A stretch of 64,000 bases of DNA, taken from Waterburya sp. GTDB taxonomy: Bacteria; Cyanobacteriota; Cyanobacteriia; Cyanobacteriales; Xenococcaceae. The stretch is from assembly GCA_965217895.1 (NCBI GenBank), contig CBDCJV010000002.1, positions 1,088,001 through 1,152,000 on the forward strand, written 5' to 3'. Positions 29,684 to 39,751 of this stretch are shown in pieces; the stretch's first letter is position 1; each line of letters begins with the position of its first letter. The notes under the pieces are model-generated. The model was not told the origin of the DNA. It did not search any database and saw only the letters and a program-made list of their open reading frames with translations. The position numbers were made by a program, and so were the translations under genes.

Positions 29684-29867
29684 TTTATGATTGTTATTTG
29701 GAATTGCAGTCTTGGCTACGTTTAGTATGCCCACCACCTTCAATTTTCTAACAAGCCTACAGGCAAAGTAAAAACATTTTAAACTGGTAAAAGACTAAGT
29801 AAATTTAGATAAGCGCGATCGCTCTCTACAATTCAAATTGATTAATAAAAATACTAAATGTTATTTT

Positions 29868-30515
29868 ATGTTGCGTCCAGAACAAAGATCTAAACTAGAT
29901 GATTCTAATGATCTTGCCTTTTATGATTCTCCCCGTTTGGTAACTCATGTAGATCGAGGATTTATCGATCGCCTGACCAATCTTTATCGAGAAAAGCTTC
30001 AGCCAGACACCCGCATTCTTGACTTAATGAGTAGCTGGGTATCTCATTTACCACAGGAGATAAAGTTTGCTCATGTGGAAGGTCATGGCATGAATGAAGA
30101 GGAATTAGCTAAAAATCCGCAGTTAGATCATTATTTTGTCCAAAACCTCAATCAAAACCCCAAATTACCTTTAAAAGATGCCGATTTTGATGGAGTAATA
30201 ATTAGTGTATCGATACAATATTTGCAGTATCCTGAAGCGATTTTATCTGAGATCCAGCGTGTTTTGAAACCCAATGGCGTAGTAATTATCAGCTTTTCTA
30301 ATCGTATGTTTTATCAAAAAGCGATCGCAGCTTGGCGCGATGGCACAGATACGGACAGGGTAAATTTAGTCCAAAAGTATTTTGGGTCAGTTGATGGTTT
30401 TAGCCAACCAGAGGTAATAGTTTATCAGTCTCCTTTGCCTGGGTTTCTCCAAATGCTAGGATTAGCAGGAGGCGATCCTTTTTATGCTGTAGTTGCCTAC
30501 AAATCTAGTAGTTAG
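29868..30515 (+). CDS. Class I SAM-dependent methyltransferase
   Basis: FYD.PRLVTHVD, ILDLMSSWVSHLP, VSIQYL and SFSNRMF. Confidence 0.85.
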   Translation: MLRPEQRSKLDDSNDLAFYDSPRLVTHVDRGFIDRLTNLYREKLQPDTRILDLMSSWVSHLPQEIKFAHVEGHGMNEEELAKNPQLDHYFVQNLNQNPKLPLKDADFDGVIISVSIQYLQYPEAILSEIQRVLKPNGVVIISFSNRMFYQKAIAAWRDGTDTDRVNLVQKYFGSVDGFSQPEVIVYQSPLPGFLQMLGLAGGDPFYAVVAYKSSS

Positions 30516-30525
30516 TAATTAGTAA

Positions 30526-31122
30526 TCACTGGCTGGAAGCTGTAATTTCTTTACCTACAGCCTTATATCTATTCCAGCCTATTTTGGCTCTGGGATCGGG
30601 GAAATCTTTGACAATAACGCCAAGACTAGGCGATCGCTGAAAAGCAACTAATAAAGGAATTTCCTCTTTAAACATAGGCAATTGTTCTTCTTCAAGGAAT
30701 TTTTTGGCATCTTGACTATTTTTAGTGCGGGAGTCTACTTTAGTTAGCAATACCTTATAGTTAGCATCGAGAGTTTTGAGCAACTCCACTGCTTTTACTG
30801 TCGTATCTAAATCTAGGTGATTGGGAGTTGTCGGTAAAATTAACAGATCGCTACCAGCAGCTAAATCTTCTAGTTCTTCAGCTTCAGGTCTGGCTGGAGT
30901 ATCTATAATAATGTGAGTAAATTTTTTAATTAAACCAGGCGCACCTGCTTGGGATGCTACGTAAAAAGGTAGCTTATCTTCTTTTGACCAAACCAAAGCA
31001 GAGCGGTTTTTATCTGCATCAATTAATAATGTTGGTGCTAAGGTCTGGAAATACGCAGCTAAGTGAACTGCAGTTGTAGTTTTTCCTACTCCTCCCTTTA
31101 AAGCAGTAATTGCAATAATCAT
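30526..31122 (-). CDS. ParA/MinD-family ATPase (short ParF-like), with no parB neighbour
   Basis: KGGVGKTT deviant Walker A, LIDAD and IIIDTP. Confidence 0.88.
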   Translation of the reverse strand: MIIAITALKGGVGKTTTAVHLAAYFQTLAPTLLIDADKNRSALVWSKEDKLPFYVASQAGAPGLIKKFTHIIIDTPARPEAEELEDLAAGSDLLILPTTPNHLDLDTTVKAVELLKTLDANYKVLLTKVDSRTKNSQDAKKFLEEEQLPMFKEEIPLLVAFQRSPSLGVIVKDFPDPRAKIGWNRYKAVGKEITASSQ

Positions 31123-31392
31123 TGGCTGCTAATAATATAAATTGATTGGTAAGCGTCGCTGTAGAATCTTCCACCCAGAAAGTATAATTCGTTTGCTTTG
31201 CACTTTACTCTTGCCATGAGGCTACGCAACGGCAGATATTATCCTGCTTGATAGAACGAGAATCATTGTATGTCGTAAGTTTACCTATAAGCGTGTCTTG
31301 CAAGGGCATATATGGCGATACCTGGTATATTTACAAATTTTTTGTTACATTAATTAACACAAATTAATATTGATTTCTCCTGAATTATTTGC

Positions 31393-31422
31393 TCCTCGGT
31401 TAGTCAGCCGAGGATTTTTTTT
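31393..31422 (+). terminator. Rho-independent terminator-like hairpin in a divergent intergenic region
   Basis: TCCTCGGTT-AGTC-AGCCGAGGA followed by T8. Confidence 0.7.
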
Positions 31423-31555
31423 GCAGGCAATTAATCGATAGAGATTGTTACAATTGTCGATCAATAGAATATCAATTAGATTATTCAGTCCTGCTTGACT
31501 TTCTGTTTAATTGCGGTAGCCTACTAATCATGTCTCTGGAGGAAATCAAAACGCC

Positions 31556-33484
31556 GTGTCTTCTGAAATCATGTTAGAGAAACAAGACTCAAAAAGTAAT
31601 CAAGCGATCGCCCAATCATTTTTCGCGGGTGTTGTCAAAGCTACTGGAGGCACGATCTTAGGCATTTCTATGATTACCAGTGCTGTTGCTGCTGGAGGGT
31701 TAGTCGGTTTAGCCTTTAGTTTTCGTAATCTACCAGATGTCAGAGTATTACGTAATTATGTTCCCTCCGAAACTAGCTACATATACGATATTAAGGGCAG
31801 ATTACTAACCAATTTACATGGAGAAGCCCATCGAGAAGTTGTCTCGTTAGACCAGATATCTCCTAATCTTAAATTAGCGGTAGTAGCGATCGAGGACAGT
31901 AATTTTTATCGGCATAATGGACTAAATCCCTACAGTATTGGTCGCGCAGCCCTAGCTAACTATAAAAGAGGTGGTGTATCCGAAGGTGGCTCTACCTTAA
32001 CCATGCAGCTAGTCAAAAATTTATTTCTGACTCGTGAACGTACTTTCAGTCGCAAACTGGCAGAAGCAATTTTAGCCATTAGAGTAGAACAAGTATTTTC
32101 TAAAGACCAAATTTTAGAAATGTATCTCAATAATATCTATTGGGGACATAACAACTACGGCATTGAAACTGCATCAGAAAGCTATTTCAACAAAAGTGCT
32201 TCTGAGTTAAATCTAGCTGAAGCTGCGGTATTGGCGGGCTTAATCCAAGCTCCAGAGCAGTATAGTCCATTTTTAAACTATGCCAATACTAAAGAGAGAC
32301 AAAGAGAAGTTTTGGCACGAATGCGGACTTTAAAATGGATTACTTCAGAACAAGAACAGGCTGCTTTTAAAGCCCCCTTACTAATCGGCAGACCCACTGC
32401 CTGGAGAAAGAGTAAATCTCCCTTTATCACAGAAGAAGTAATTAAAGAATTAGAAGAGCGTTTTGGTAAAGATAAAGTTCTTCAAGGAGGTATTCGAGTC
32501 CAGACCACTATTGACCTAGATTTTCAAAAAATGGCTGAGGAATCTATCAAAGAAAGTCATAATATGTTGGAGCGTTGGGGATTGCGAGCAGATCAGGCTG
32601 CTTTAGTAGCGGTAGATCCTCGCACTCATTTTATTAAAGCATTGGTAGGAGGAGTAGATCACGAATCAAGTCAATTTAACCGTGCGGTTCAGTCTCGTAG
32701 ACAGCCTGGTTCTTCTTTCAAACCATTTGTTTATTACACTGCTTTGGCAAGTGGTAAATACACCCCGCAAACTATAATTGACGATGCTCCTATAAGCTAT
32801 AAAATTCCTGGAGGAATCTACACACCGCAAAATTACGGCGGGAAGACAGATTTTGGAGGCAAGATGTCTCTTTCAAAGGCACTAACTCAATCTCGTAATA
32901 TTCCAGCTGTCAAATTAGGTAAAGCTGTAGGCTTAGAAAAAGTAATCGAAGTTTGTCGTCAGCTAGGAATTAAAAGTCCCATGCAGCCTGTAATTTCACT
33001 GCCTCTAGGCTCGATAGGTGTTACTCCCCTAGAAATGGCCGGAGCTTTTGCCACCTTCGCTAATAATGGCTGGAGTTCTGATACGACCGTAATCCTCCAA
33101 GTTACCGATAGTAAAGGCAATATATTACTAGACAATACCCCTAAACCAAAACAAATATTAGATCCTTGGGCAACCGCCAGCTTAAACTCAATGATGCAAG
33201 GAGTTTTAGAACCAGGAGGAACAGGTTCTAAAGCGAATATTGGTCGCCCAGCAGCAGGAAAAACAGGAACTACCTCTTCCGAGCGAGATGTTTGGTTTGT
33301 CGGCTATGTACCACAGTTAGCTGTTGCGGTTTGGGTCGGCAACGATAACTATCAAAGCATGGGTAAGGGAATAACAGGAGGAGATTATGCTGCTCCTGTA
33401 TGGCGTTCTTTTATGTTGAAAGCGTTAAAAGATGAACCTGTTAAATATTTTCCTCCAGCCTCTGAGTTTGATCGACCTCGATAA
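31556..33484 (+). CDS. Class A penicillin-binding protein (PBP1A family)
   Basis: Transglycosylase motifs EDSNFY.H.G, GGSTLTMQL.KN and RKLAE; transpeptidase motifs SSFK, SRN and KTGT. Confidence 0.95.
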   Translation: MSSEIMLEKQDSKSNQAIAQSFFAGVVKATGGTILGISMITSAVAAGGLVGLAFSFRNLPDVRVLRNYVPSETSYIYDIKGRLLTNLHGEAHREVVSLDQISPNLKLAVVAIEDSNFYRHNGLNPYSIGRAALANYKRGGVSEGGSTLTMQLVKNLFLTRERTFSRKLAEAILAIRVEQVFSKDQILEMYLNNIYWGHNNYGIETASESYFNKSASELNLAEAAVLAGLIQAPEQYSPFLNYANTKERQREVLARMRTLKWITSEQEQAAFKAPLLIGRPTAWRKSKSPFITEEVIKELEERFGKDKVLQGGIRVQTTIDLDFQKMAEESIKESHNMLERWGLRADQAALVAVDPRTHFIKALVGGVDHESSQFNRAVQSRRQPGSSFKPFVYYTALASGKYTPQTIIDDAPISYKIPGGIYTPQNYGGKTDFGGKMSLSKALTQSRNIPAVKLGKAVGLEKVIEVCRQLGIKSPMQPVISLPLGSIGVTPLEMAGAFATFANNGWSSDTTVILQVTDSKGNILLDNTPKPKQILDPWATASLNSMMQGVLEPGGTGSKANIGRPAAGKTGTTSSERDVWFVGYVPQLAVAVWVGNDNYQSMGKGITGGDYAAPVWRSFMLKALKDEPVKYFPPASEFDRPR

Positions 33485-33520
33485 AACGATGAACATCTGT
33501 ACTCAAATCTTTATAGAAAT

Positions 33521-33569
33521 AAAACCTCAGTATTTGTTGGCATCGAGGGCGACAAAATACTGAGGTTTT
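33521..33569. terminator. Bidirectional terminator-like hairpin between convergent genes
   Basis: AAAACCTCAGTATTT...AAATACTGAGGTTTT inverted repeat. Confidence 0.7.
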
Positions 33570-33654
33570 CAGGTTTTAAAGATCAGATTGACGTGATTAA
33601 ACTTCGACTAAAAGCGAAGTCATGAGTCTATTTATTTTCTATGTTCTTAAACTG

Positions 33655-34164
33655 CTAAACTAGACTACAAGAATTACGAAAAAAGGTGCGTAATAAAGCA
33701 GTTGCAGCAACCAGCTTGATTACTTCTAAACTCCAGTAGACTACGTGCATGATTGCCATTGAGCTTGAAGCAGGCTCGCTAGTAGCAAACATATCTAGTG
33801 TCATTCCCATGCTGCTCATCTGGGGTGTAAAAATGTAGGTATAAGCTAGCGAGATTACTAATAAAATAGCTGCAATAAAGATTGATTTGTTGTTGATTTG
33901 GCTTGTTAGACGATAACCGTAACGATAAACCAAACAGCCTGCTAAAACAATTGCTGCGCAAAGTAGTTCTATGTGATTGAAAGTGCCGAAAATCATATAG
34001 CCAGCACTAGCGAAACCTGATTCATTCATCATGCCACTAGTTAGCATTCCTGGAACAATCAAAAAGTCAAAAATCAAACTACCACTAAGCCAAAATCCTA
34101 AAGCAAACATAATTACTGTTGACCAATTTATAGGCTTAGAAATGCGAGAGGAAGAAGCTTCCAT
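33655..34164 (-). CDS. DUF4149-like membrane protein
   Basis: Four hydrophobic helices; LGFWLS.S...D....P, F..AGY..F..FN..E.L and H..YW.LE..K. Confidence 0.7.
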   Translation of the reverse strand: MEASSSRISKPINWSTVIMFALGFWLSGSLIFDFLIVPGMLTSGMMNESGFASAGYMIFGTFNHIELLCAAIVLAGCLVYRYGYRLTSQINNKSIFIAAILLVISLAYTYIFTPQMSSMGMTLDMFATSEPASSSMAIMHVVYWSLEVIKLVAATALLRTFFRNSCSLV

Positions 34165-34243
34165 AATCAAGATAAAAAATATAATTACTTATCTAGCTTA
34201 ACTAATAACTTTCCTGCATCGTATAACAAAAAGTAAAGTCTTT

Positions 34244-34840
34244 TTAAGTTGAGTATTGCTGGACTTCTTTGATGGAAAATAAAGCCTGAAATTTAATTCC
34301 TTGAGATTGATAAAGTTCTCTTCCTCCTTGTTCGCGATCTACTAAAGCCATAATTTGGGTAACATAATATCCCGCGTCCTGCAATCTTTTTACCGCAGTT
34401 AATGCTGAACTTCCTGTAGTTACAACATCTTCTAGAACGACCACTTTTGAGTTTTCCGCTAAAGAAGGGCCTTCTATATAAGCTTTTGTACCGTGTCCTT
34501 TAGGTTCTTTACGAATTATCAATGCAGGAAGAGAAGCATTTTCCCAAGCAGAGACAACACTAACTGCTGACACCATAGGGTCTGCACCGAGAGTAAGACC
34601 TGCTACTGCTGCTGTGTTTTTAGGTAATAATTGGAACAATAAACGACCCAAAGCCAACGCGCCTTCTGCTCTTAGAGTCACTTGTTTACAATTTATATAG
34701 TAAGAGCTTTTAGCTCCTGAAGAAAGCACAAAATCTCCTTCGACATAAGCATATTTAACAATTAAATCCAAAAGCACTTGTCTAAGAGAATCGATATTAG
34801 CCGTAGCCAAAAAGGAATTAGAAGTCTGGTTAGTATTCAT
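34244..34840 (-). CDS. pyrE: Orotate phosphoribosyltransferase
   Basis: GDFVLSSG.KS.YY, IRKEPKGHGT and the PRPP-binding loop VVLEDVVTTGSS. Confidence 0.95.
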   Translation of the reverse strand: MNTNQTSNSFLATANIDSLRQVLLDLIVKYAYVEGDFVLSSGAKSSYYINCKQVTLRAEGALALGRLLFQLLPKNTAAVAGLTLGADPMVSAVSVVSAWENASLPALIIRKEPKGHGTKAYIEGPSLAENSKVVVLEDVVTTGSSALTAVKRLQDAGYYVTQIMALVDREQGGRELYQSQGIKFQALFSIKEVQQYST

Positions 34841-35040
34841 AGGTAATGAGGTGGAAAAGATTTATATGGACTGTTCTTTCAGGAAATCTTCGGCTAGGAT
34901 TGAGCAGAAGTTACAGTTAACTCTGCCGTTAAACAGCAGGGTTATGATTTGTATTCTTTTGTCCTTAAAAGATAAATAGAGTCAAACTTTTACTGTGAAC
35001 GTTGGTTAATTCACAAAATACACAAAATATAAGTAAAGTA

Positions 35041-35400
35041 ATGTCTATTAAGTTTACTAAACTAAGTGCAATCTTAGTAATAGCAGCTATTGCTAGTTTA
35101 TTTTCTATTGAAGCTAAAGCAGAAATGAAACCTCTTGATCGAGCATTTGAAGATGCTTATTTTAAAAAGGGTAAAAATGCTTTTACACAAAGCAGTATTT
35201 TTGGTCAAGCAAATTCTATTTTTGGCTTTACGGGATTTGCAGATCAGCATATCTCAGCCGATGGTAAAGCGGTAGATAATGTTTATAAACAAGGTATGAA
35301 AGCACAGTCAGGGACGGGAATGCGGATGGTAACTAGAGATTTAGTAAATCCCTATGATACTTCTTTGCGTGAAATTCCAAGCTACAGTGCGATCAAATAA
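35041..35400 (+). CDS. Hypothetical secreted protein
   Basis: Signal-peptide-like N-terminus ending AKA; C-terminal TRDL.NPYDTSL. Confidence 0.7.
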   Translation: MSIKFTKLSAILVIAAIASLFSIEAKAEMKPLDRAFEDAYFKKGKNAFTQSSIFGQANSIFGFTGFADQHISADGKAVDNVYKQGMKAQSGTGMRMVTRDLVNPYDTSLREIPSYSAIK

Positions 35401-35504
35401 ATAAAGCTTTTAGGTTTTAGGTTTTAGTAAGGATAAAAATTGGTTAGAAAAAAGAATACTTTCCTTGACCTAATTTTTTCTTTATCTTTCATCCCTTTAA
35501 AAAG

Positions 35505-35577
35505 TCCAGGGTGCAGGAGTTGAACCTGCCTTGCACAAATTATGAGTTTGTTGCCTAAACCGCTCGGCCAACCCTGG
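35505..35577 (-). tRNA. tRNA with CAT anticodon, probably tRNA-Ile2 (lysidine-modified); elongator tRNA-Met not excluded
   Basis: CCAGGGT/ACCCTGG acceptor stem, D arm TGGCCGAGCGGTTTAGGC, anticodon loop CTCATAA and T loop GGTTCAACTCC. CCA is not encoded. Confidence 0.93.
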
Positions 35578-35657
35578 ATATCCATTTTTCTCACGTAGAC
35601 CATTATATTAGTAAGTCTAGTATCTTTGACAACCTATAGCAAAAAAATCGCGATCGC

Positions 35658-35909
35658 ATGAAAATAAGAGTAAATTTTTGGTTAACCATATGTTTATTTC
35701 TGATGATGGTCTTAGCTGGTGTCGCTAGTTCTTATGTTGGCTATTTTATGGGCAGTGAGGCTTTAAAAGTAGTAACTCAGCCAGATATTAATACTGAAGA
35801 CAGCAATCGTAATCAAGATCCTGCTGGTGGTGAATATAAAGGTCTTAAGATTATGAAAGAAAAAGATATTTTAGTTAAGGTATATAATCGGGTTAACCAT
35901 AAAAATTAA
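35658..35909 (+). CDS. Hypothetical small membrane-anchored protein
   Basis: N-terminal TM segment, G.EALK.VTQP motif, clean ATG..TAA. Confidence 0.7.
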   Translation: MKIRVNFWLTICLFLMMVLAGVASSYVGYFMGSEALKVVTQPDINTEDSNRNQDPAGGEYKGLKIMKEKDILVKVYNRVNHKN

Positions 35910-35969
35910 GTGATGAGAGAACTATTGAGGAAATGGGAGCTAGTGTCAACACCCACCATTAGTTAACCA

Positions 35970-37289
35970 ATGGCTGATAAAAATTTATTGTTGACTTTTG
36001 TTGGTGTTTTCTTGCTCATTGCGATCAATGCCTTTTTTGTCACCGCAGAGTTTTCAATTGTTTCGGTTCGTCGTTCTCGGATCAGCAAACTAGTCAAAGA
36101 TGGAGATACCCAGGCTCAAACCGTACAGTCTCTCCAGAGAAGCATAGATCGGCTTTTGTCTACTACTCAATTGGGTATTACTCTTTCTAGTCTGGCTTTA
36201 GGCTGGGTAGGAGAAAGAACGGTTGCAGCGTCCATTATTACTATAACTGAAAGTCTCTCTCTGCCAGCTTACTTAGCAGAAATAATCTCTACCACTGCTG
36301 CTTTACCTCTATCTTTTATTCTCTTGGCATATTTACAAATAGTGCTAGGTGAGCTATGTCCTAAGTCTGTAGCTCTAATGTATCCTGAAAAGCTGTCTCG
36401 GTTTTTTGGACCTCCTAGCGTAGTCATCGCCCGTATTTTCCGCCCTTTTGTGGCTATTTTAAATTTATCTACTCGCTTACTGCTTAAGTTAGTAGGAGTA
36501 AACTATAGTGGCAGAAGCTGGTATGAACAAGTTACCTCAGAAGAGTTACAGCTAATCATCGCTACGGAGAGAGAGTCGGTTGACTTAAAAGCAGCAGAAA
36601 GACAGCTACTTAAAAACGTCTTTGAATTTCGGGATGATACCGCCGAAGAAGTTATGATTCCCCGTACTGATATTCACTTTCTCACTTTGACTACTACTTT
36701 TAGTGAATTACTCCAGACAATTGTTGAGACAGGCTATTCAGGTTATCCCGTTATCGGTGATTCTTTAGATGATATCAAGGGCATTATCCACTACAAAAAA
36801 TTAGCCAAACCTTTGGCACAAGGAAAGCTAGACAAGGATTCTACAATTGAGCCTTGGATTGAACCAGTAAGTTTTATTCCTGAGTCTACTTCTCTAAATG
36901 AACTTTTAGCTTCAATGCAGCGATCGCATCATAAAATGGCAGTAGTTATTGATGAGTTTGGGGGAACTTCTGGCTTAATTACTCTCCATGACTTAGTTGC
37001 TGAGATTGTAGGCGATGCTGGTAATGACCCCGAAACCAGAATCGAACCGATTCAAAAGTTGGATGATAATACTTTTCTCGTTTCAGCGCAAATGAATTTA
37101 GAAGAAGTCAACGAACAGCTAGAGCTAAATCTTCCTTTAGCAAACAATTACAATACCCTGGGAGGATTTTTATTAGAGCAATGGCAAAAAATTCCCCAGC
37201 AGGGAGAAAAGCTGGAGTATGAAAACCTAAGCTTTACTGTGACTGCTGCTGATAGTAATCGGCTTTATCAAATCTTGATTAATCAGTGA
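35970..37289 (+). CDS. Hemolysin family HlyC/CorC (CNNM-CBS-CorC) transporter
   Basis: NAFFV.AEFS, QLGIT, GEL.PKS.A, VMIPR, CBS pair, DEFGGT.G and TLGG. Confidence 0.92.
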   Translation: MADKNLLLTFVGVFLLIAINAFFVTAEFSIVSVRRSRISKLVKDGDTQAQTVQSLQRSIDRLLSTTQLGITLSSLALGWVGERTVAASIITITESLSLPAYLAEIISTTAALPLSFILLAYLQIVLGELCPKSVALMYPEKLSRFFGPPSVVIARIFRPFVAILNLSTRLLLKLVGVNYSGRSWYEQVTSEELQLIIATERESVDLKAAERQLLKNVFEFRDDTAEEVMIPRTDIHFLTLTTTFSELLQTIVETGYSGYPVIGDSLDDIKGIIHYKKLAKPLAQGKLDKDSTIEPWIEPVSFIPESTSLNELLASMQRSHHKMAVVIDEFGGTSGLITLHDLVAEIVGDAGNDPETRIEPIQKLDDNTFLVSAQMNLEEVNEQLELNLPLANNYNTLGGFLLEQWQKIPQQGEKLEYENLSFTVTAADSNRLYQILINQ

Positions 37290-37348
37290 TGCCAAATGCG
37301 AATGAACGGCGAGAAAAAACTTGTTCGTTTATTTAGATACAATAAAAA

Positions 37349-37780
37349 TTACCGATCTTCTTCCCAATCAGGACAACTATCATCCTCCCAACCTGAGGGG
37401 TGCATGGCACAAACTAGCAAGTTGCCATTGTAGCTTTGACCATGGTAGTTAACACAATTAATGCAGGCAGGATTGTTTTGAGCAGAGGGAGCGTGATAAT
37501 CGACGTTAGTAAAGTCATCATCAATAAAATCTTCCCAGTTTTCTCCCAAAGCAGCATCAATTTCTTCACTAGTAACAATCAGCGCGTCAACTAAATCCTC
37601 TAACAGGCTGTCAACTTCTTCGATAATTCCCGATTGAAACTGTTCAAAAAAAGAGCCTAAATTCTCGCTGACTTCTTCCACAACAGATTCTGTGGTTTGG
37701 GCTACATCCACCCAAAATTCTTCCACCTCAGCCGTAGTTTTTTCAATCTGCTTCCACCACTGCTTTTGCCAGTCATCCAT
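37349..37780 (-). CDS. Conserved hypothetical acidic protein with a C-terminal Cys/His cluster
   Basis: PACINC.NYHG..Y.GNLLVCAMHP.G.....CPDWE. Confidence 0.75.
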   Translation of the reverse strand: MDDWQKQWWKQIEKTTAEVEEFWVDVAQTTESVVEEVSENLGSFFEQFQSGIIEEVDSLLEDLVDALIVTSEEIDAALGENWEDFIDDDFTNVDYHAPSAQNNPACINCVNYHGQSYNGNLLVCAMHPSGWEDDSCPDWEEDR

Positions 37781-37831
37781 AGTTAATAATTAATTTAAAT
37801 AAATATTGTTCTGTCAGAATAGCCTATTCTG

Positions 37832-38215
37832 CTACGTCTCTTTTTTCAAACGTCGTAATTCTTCTTGTAATGATTTTACTTGTTGGCGCAGTTTTTGCTG
37901 GCGCAGATCTTCTTTGCTCATACTTTCAGATTGCTCCTCACCTTCGTCCACAATCTCAATCCGACGAGGTTCTCTTTGGTCTGATTTATTACTACCATCA
38001 GAAACCTTTCCCTGTTGAGCCTGCTCGACCATTTCATCAACAAACTTACGAGCTTCTTCGGTACTCATTTCACCGCGCTCAGCCATTTCTTCTGCAAGCT
38101 TCTGTGCTTGAACTCTTAAATCTTTTAATGTATCATTGGCTTTTTCTTGAGCATAAGAAGCAAAACCCACACCCATGTAAAAAGCTTTTTTTGCAATATC
38201 TTCAAAACCTGCCAT
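37832..38215 (-). CDS. Phasin-like coiled-coil hypothetical protein
   Basis: KAFYMGVG.A, E..ERGEM..EEARKFVDEM and EPRRIEI. Confidence 0.75.
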   Translation of the reverse strand: MAGFEDIAKKAFYMGVGFASYAQEKANDTLKDLRVQAQKLAEEMAERGEMSTEEARKFVDEMVEQAQQGKVSDGSNKSDQREPRRIEIVDEGEEQSESMSKEDLRQQKLRQQVKSLQEELRRLKKET

Positions 38216-38370
38216 ATTTAGCTTGTCTCCAAATTTCTGACAACTTACTTTTTAGTGTATATCATCAAATAAATAGCTGAACCATAGGAAAAGTTCGGAA
38301 TTCCGCATTGACGATAATGTAAGACCAAATAAGTAATAGCTATAGTCGGCTAAAGTTTGGTTTTTAAGCT

Positions 38371-38655
38371 TTACACGACAAATTGAATATCTGGTAATAA
38401 TGGATCTTTGACAATGCCAAAACCAGAATAGCCCCAACGTTGCTTTAATCCTATAAGCTGAGTTGGAGATGCTGTTTCTACGGCAAGGTAATTTTTATAT
38501 TCTTGACCGTGGGCATTAATATAGCTAAGTGCATCATAATCGTAATTAAATACCAGTAAATAGCTAATCTCTGCTCCATTTTGGTCTGGCAAACGAGCGA
38601 CCAAATATTTACCATCTTTTTTTGAACGAATTAAATAATTTATTTGTAGTAACAT
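38371..38655 (-). CDS. Conserved hypothetical cyanobacterial protein
   Basis: YLIRS..DG.YL.A, DALSY.N.H and RWG..G.G.V.DPL.P; tightly coupled to the upstream permease gene. Confidence 0.75.
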   Translation of the reverse strand: MLLQINYLIRSKKDGKYLVARLPDQNGAEISYLLVFNYDYDALSYINAHGQEYKNYLAVETASPTQLIGLKQRWGYSGFGIVKDPLLPDIQFVV

Positions 38656-38657
38656 TC

Positions 38658-39707
38658 TTACTTCAAGTCTGCCAATTTTATTTTAGGATCTACCGCTTTT
38701 AAAAGTAAGTCTGCTAATAAATTACCAATAATTAACATAGCTGCTCCCATCATCAAACTCGCCATTACTAAATACTTATCTTGAGCCTGAACCGCCTGTA
38801 AAGTCAAGCGACCTAAACCAGGCCAGTTGAAGAAAAACTCGGCAATAAATGAACCACTAAGTAAACTGGCAAATTCAAAGCCAACAAGAGTAATTAGAGG
38901 ATTAATGGCGTTTCGCAGCGCATGAACATAAATAACCTTATTTTCTGGCAAACCTTTGGCGCGAGCCGTCTGAATATAGTCTTGTCGCAGCACGTCCAAT
39001 AGCTGTCCTCTAGTTAAACGCTGTAGTCCAGCAAAACTAGTGATGCTCAAGGCAATAGTAGGTAAGATCATGTGCCAGCCAATATCGAAGATCTTGCCCA
39101 AAAAAGATAGTTGGTCATGATTGATACTGGTCATGCCGCCTACGGGAAATAAAGGAGACAAAAACTGAGCAATAATCAAAAATATTAAGGCTGTGATAAA
39201 GCTAGGAAACCCTTGCCCAAAGTAACTTAATACCCGTAACACTTTGTCGATTGCCGTATTTTGCTTGACCGCACTCAAAATTCCTAAAGGAATGGCGATC
39301 GCCCAAGTGACAATAATTGATGCCACGGCTAATAAAAGAGTGGCAGGTATACGTTCAAATAACAAAGATTTAACTGAACGAAAATAGACAAAGCTTTCAC
39401 CAAAATCAAACTGAGTGACCACTCGCCACAGCCAACGACCATACTGAACTATGGCTGGCTTGTCTAGCCCAAACTGCTTAGTGAGTTCAGCAATACGCTC
39501 TTGAGTAATTTGGGGATCTTGTTTAAGAATATCTAAATAGTCTCCTGGTGCTAACTCTGTAATTGCAAAGCACAGAGCAGAAGCCAGAAGTAAAGTTAAT
39601 ACTGCTTGCAGCAGCCTTTTAAAGATATATAGGCTAGTTTCGCTATAGATAAAATTTGGGAATAAAGATAATGGCGATCGCCTAGGGACATGATTACTTT
39701 GAGCCAT
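38658..39707 (-). CDS. Peptide/nickel ABC transporter permease (OppB/DppB family)
   Basis: KRLLQA, APGD, FGLDKP..VQY, DFGES, DYIQTARAKGL, HALRNA and FNWPGLG. Confidence 0.93.
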   Translation of the reverse strand: MAQSNHVPRRSPLSLFPNFIYSETSLYIFKRLLQAVLTLLLASALCFAITELAPGDYLDILKQDPQITQERIAELTKQFGLDKPAIVQYGRWLWRVVTQFDFGESFVYFRSVKSLLFERIPATLLLAVASIIVTWAIAIPLGILSAVKQNTAIDKVLRVLSYFGQGFPSFITALIFLIIAQFLSPLFPVGGMTSINHDQLSFLGKIFDIGWHMILPTIALSITSFAGLQRLTRGQLLDVLRQDYIQTARAKGLPENKVIYVHALRNAINPLITLVGFEFASLLSGSFIAEFFFNWPGLGRLTLQAVQAQDKYLVMASLMMGAAMLIIGNLLADLLLKAVDPKIKLADLK

Positions 39708-39751
39708 AGATTTTTAATTAATCCATCACTACAACAATAGCTGGTTAGCAA

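Noticed and set aside
35505..35577. tRNA as the integration site of a genomic island
   Set aside because: No integrase is adjacent, I noticed no duplicated tRNA 3' end, and the neighbours look like core genes.
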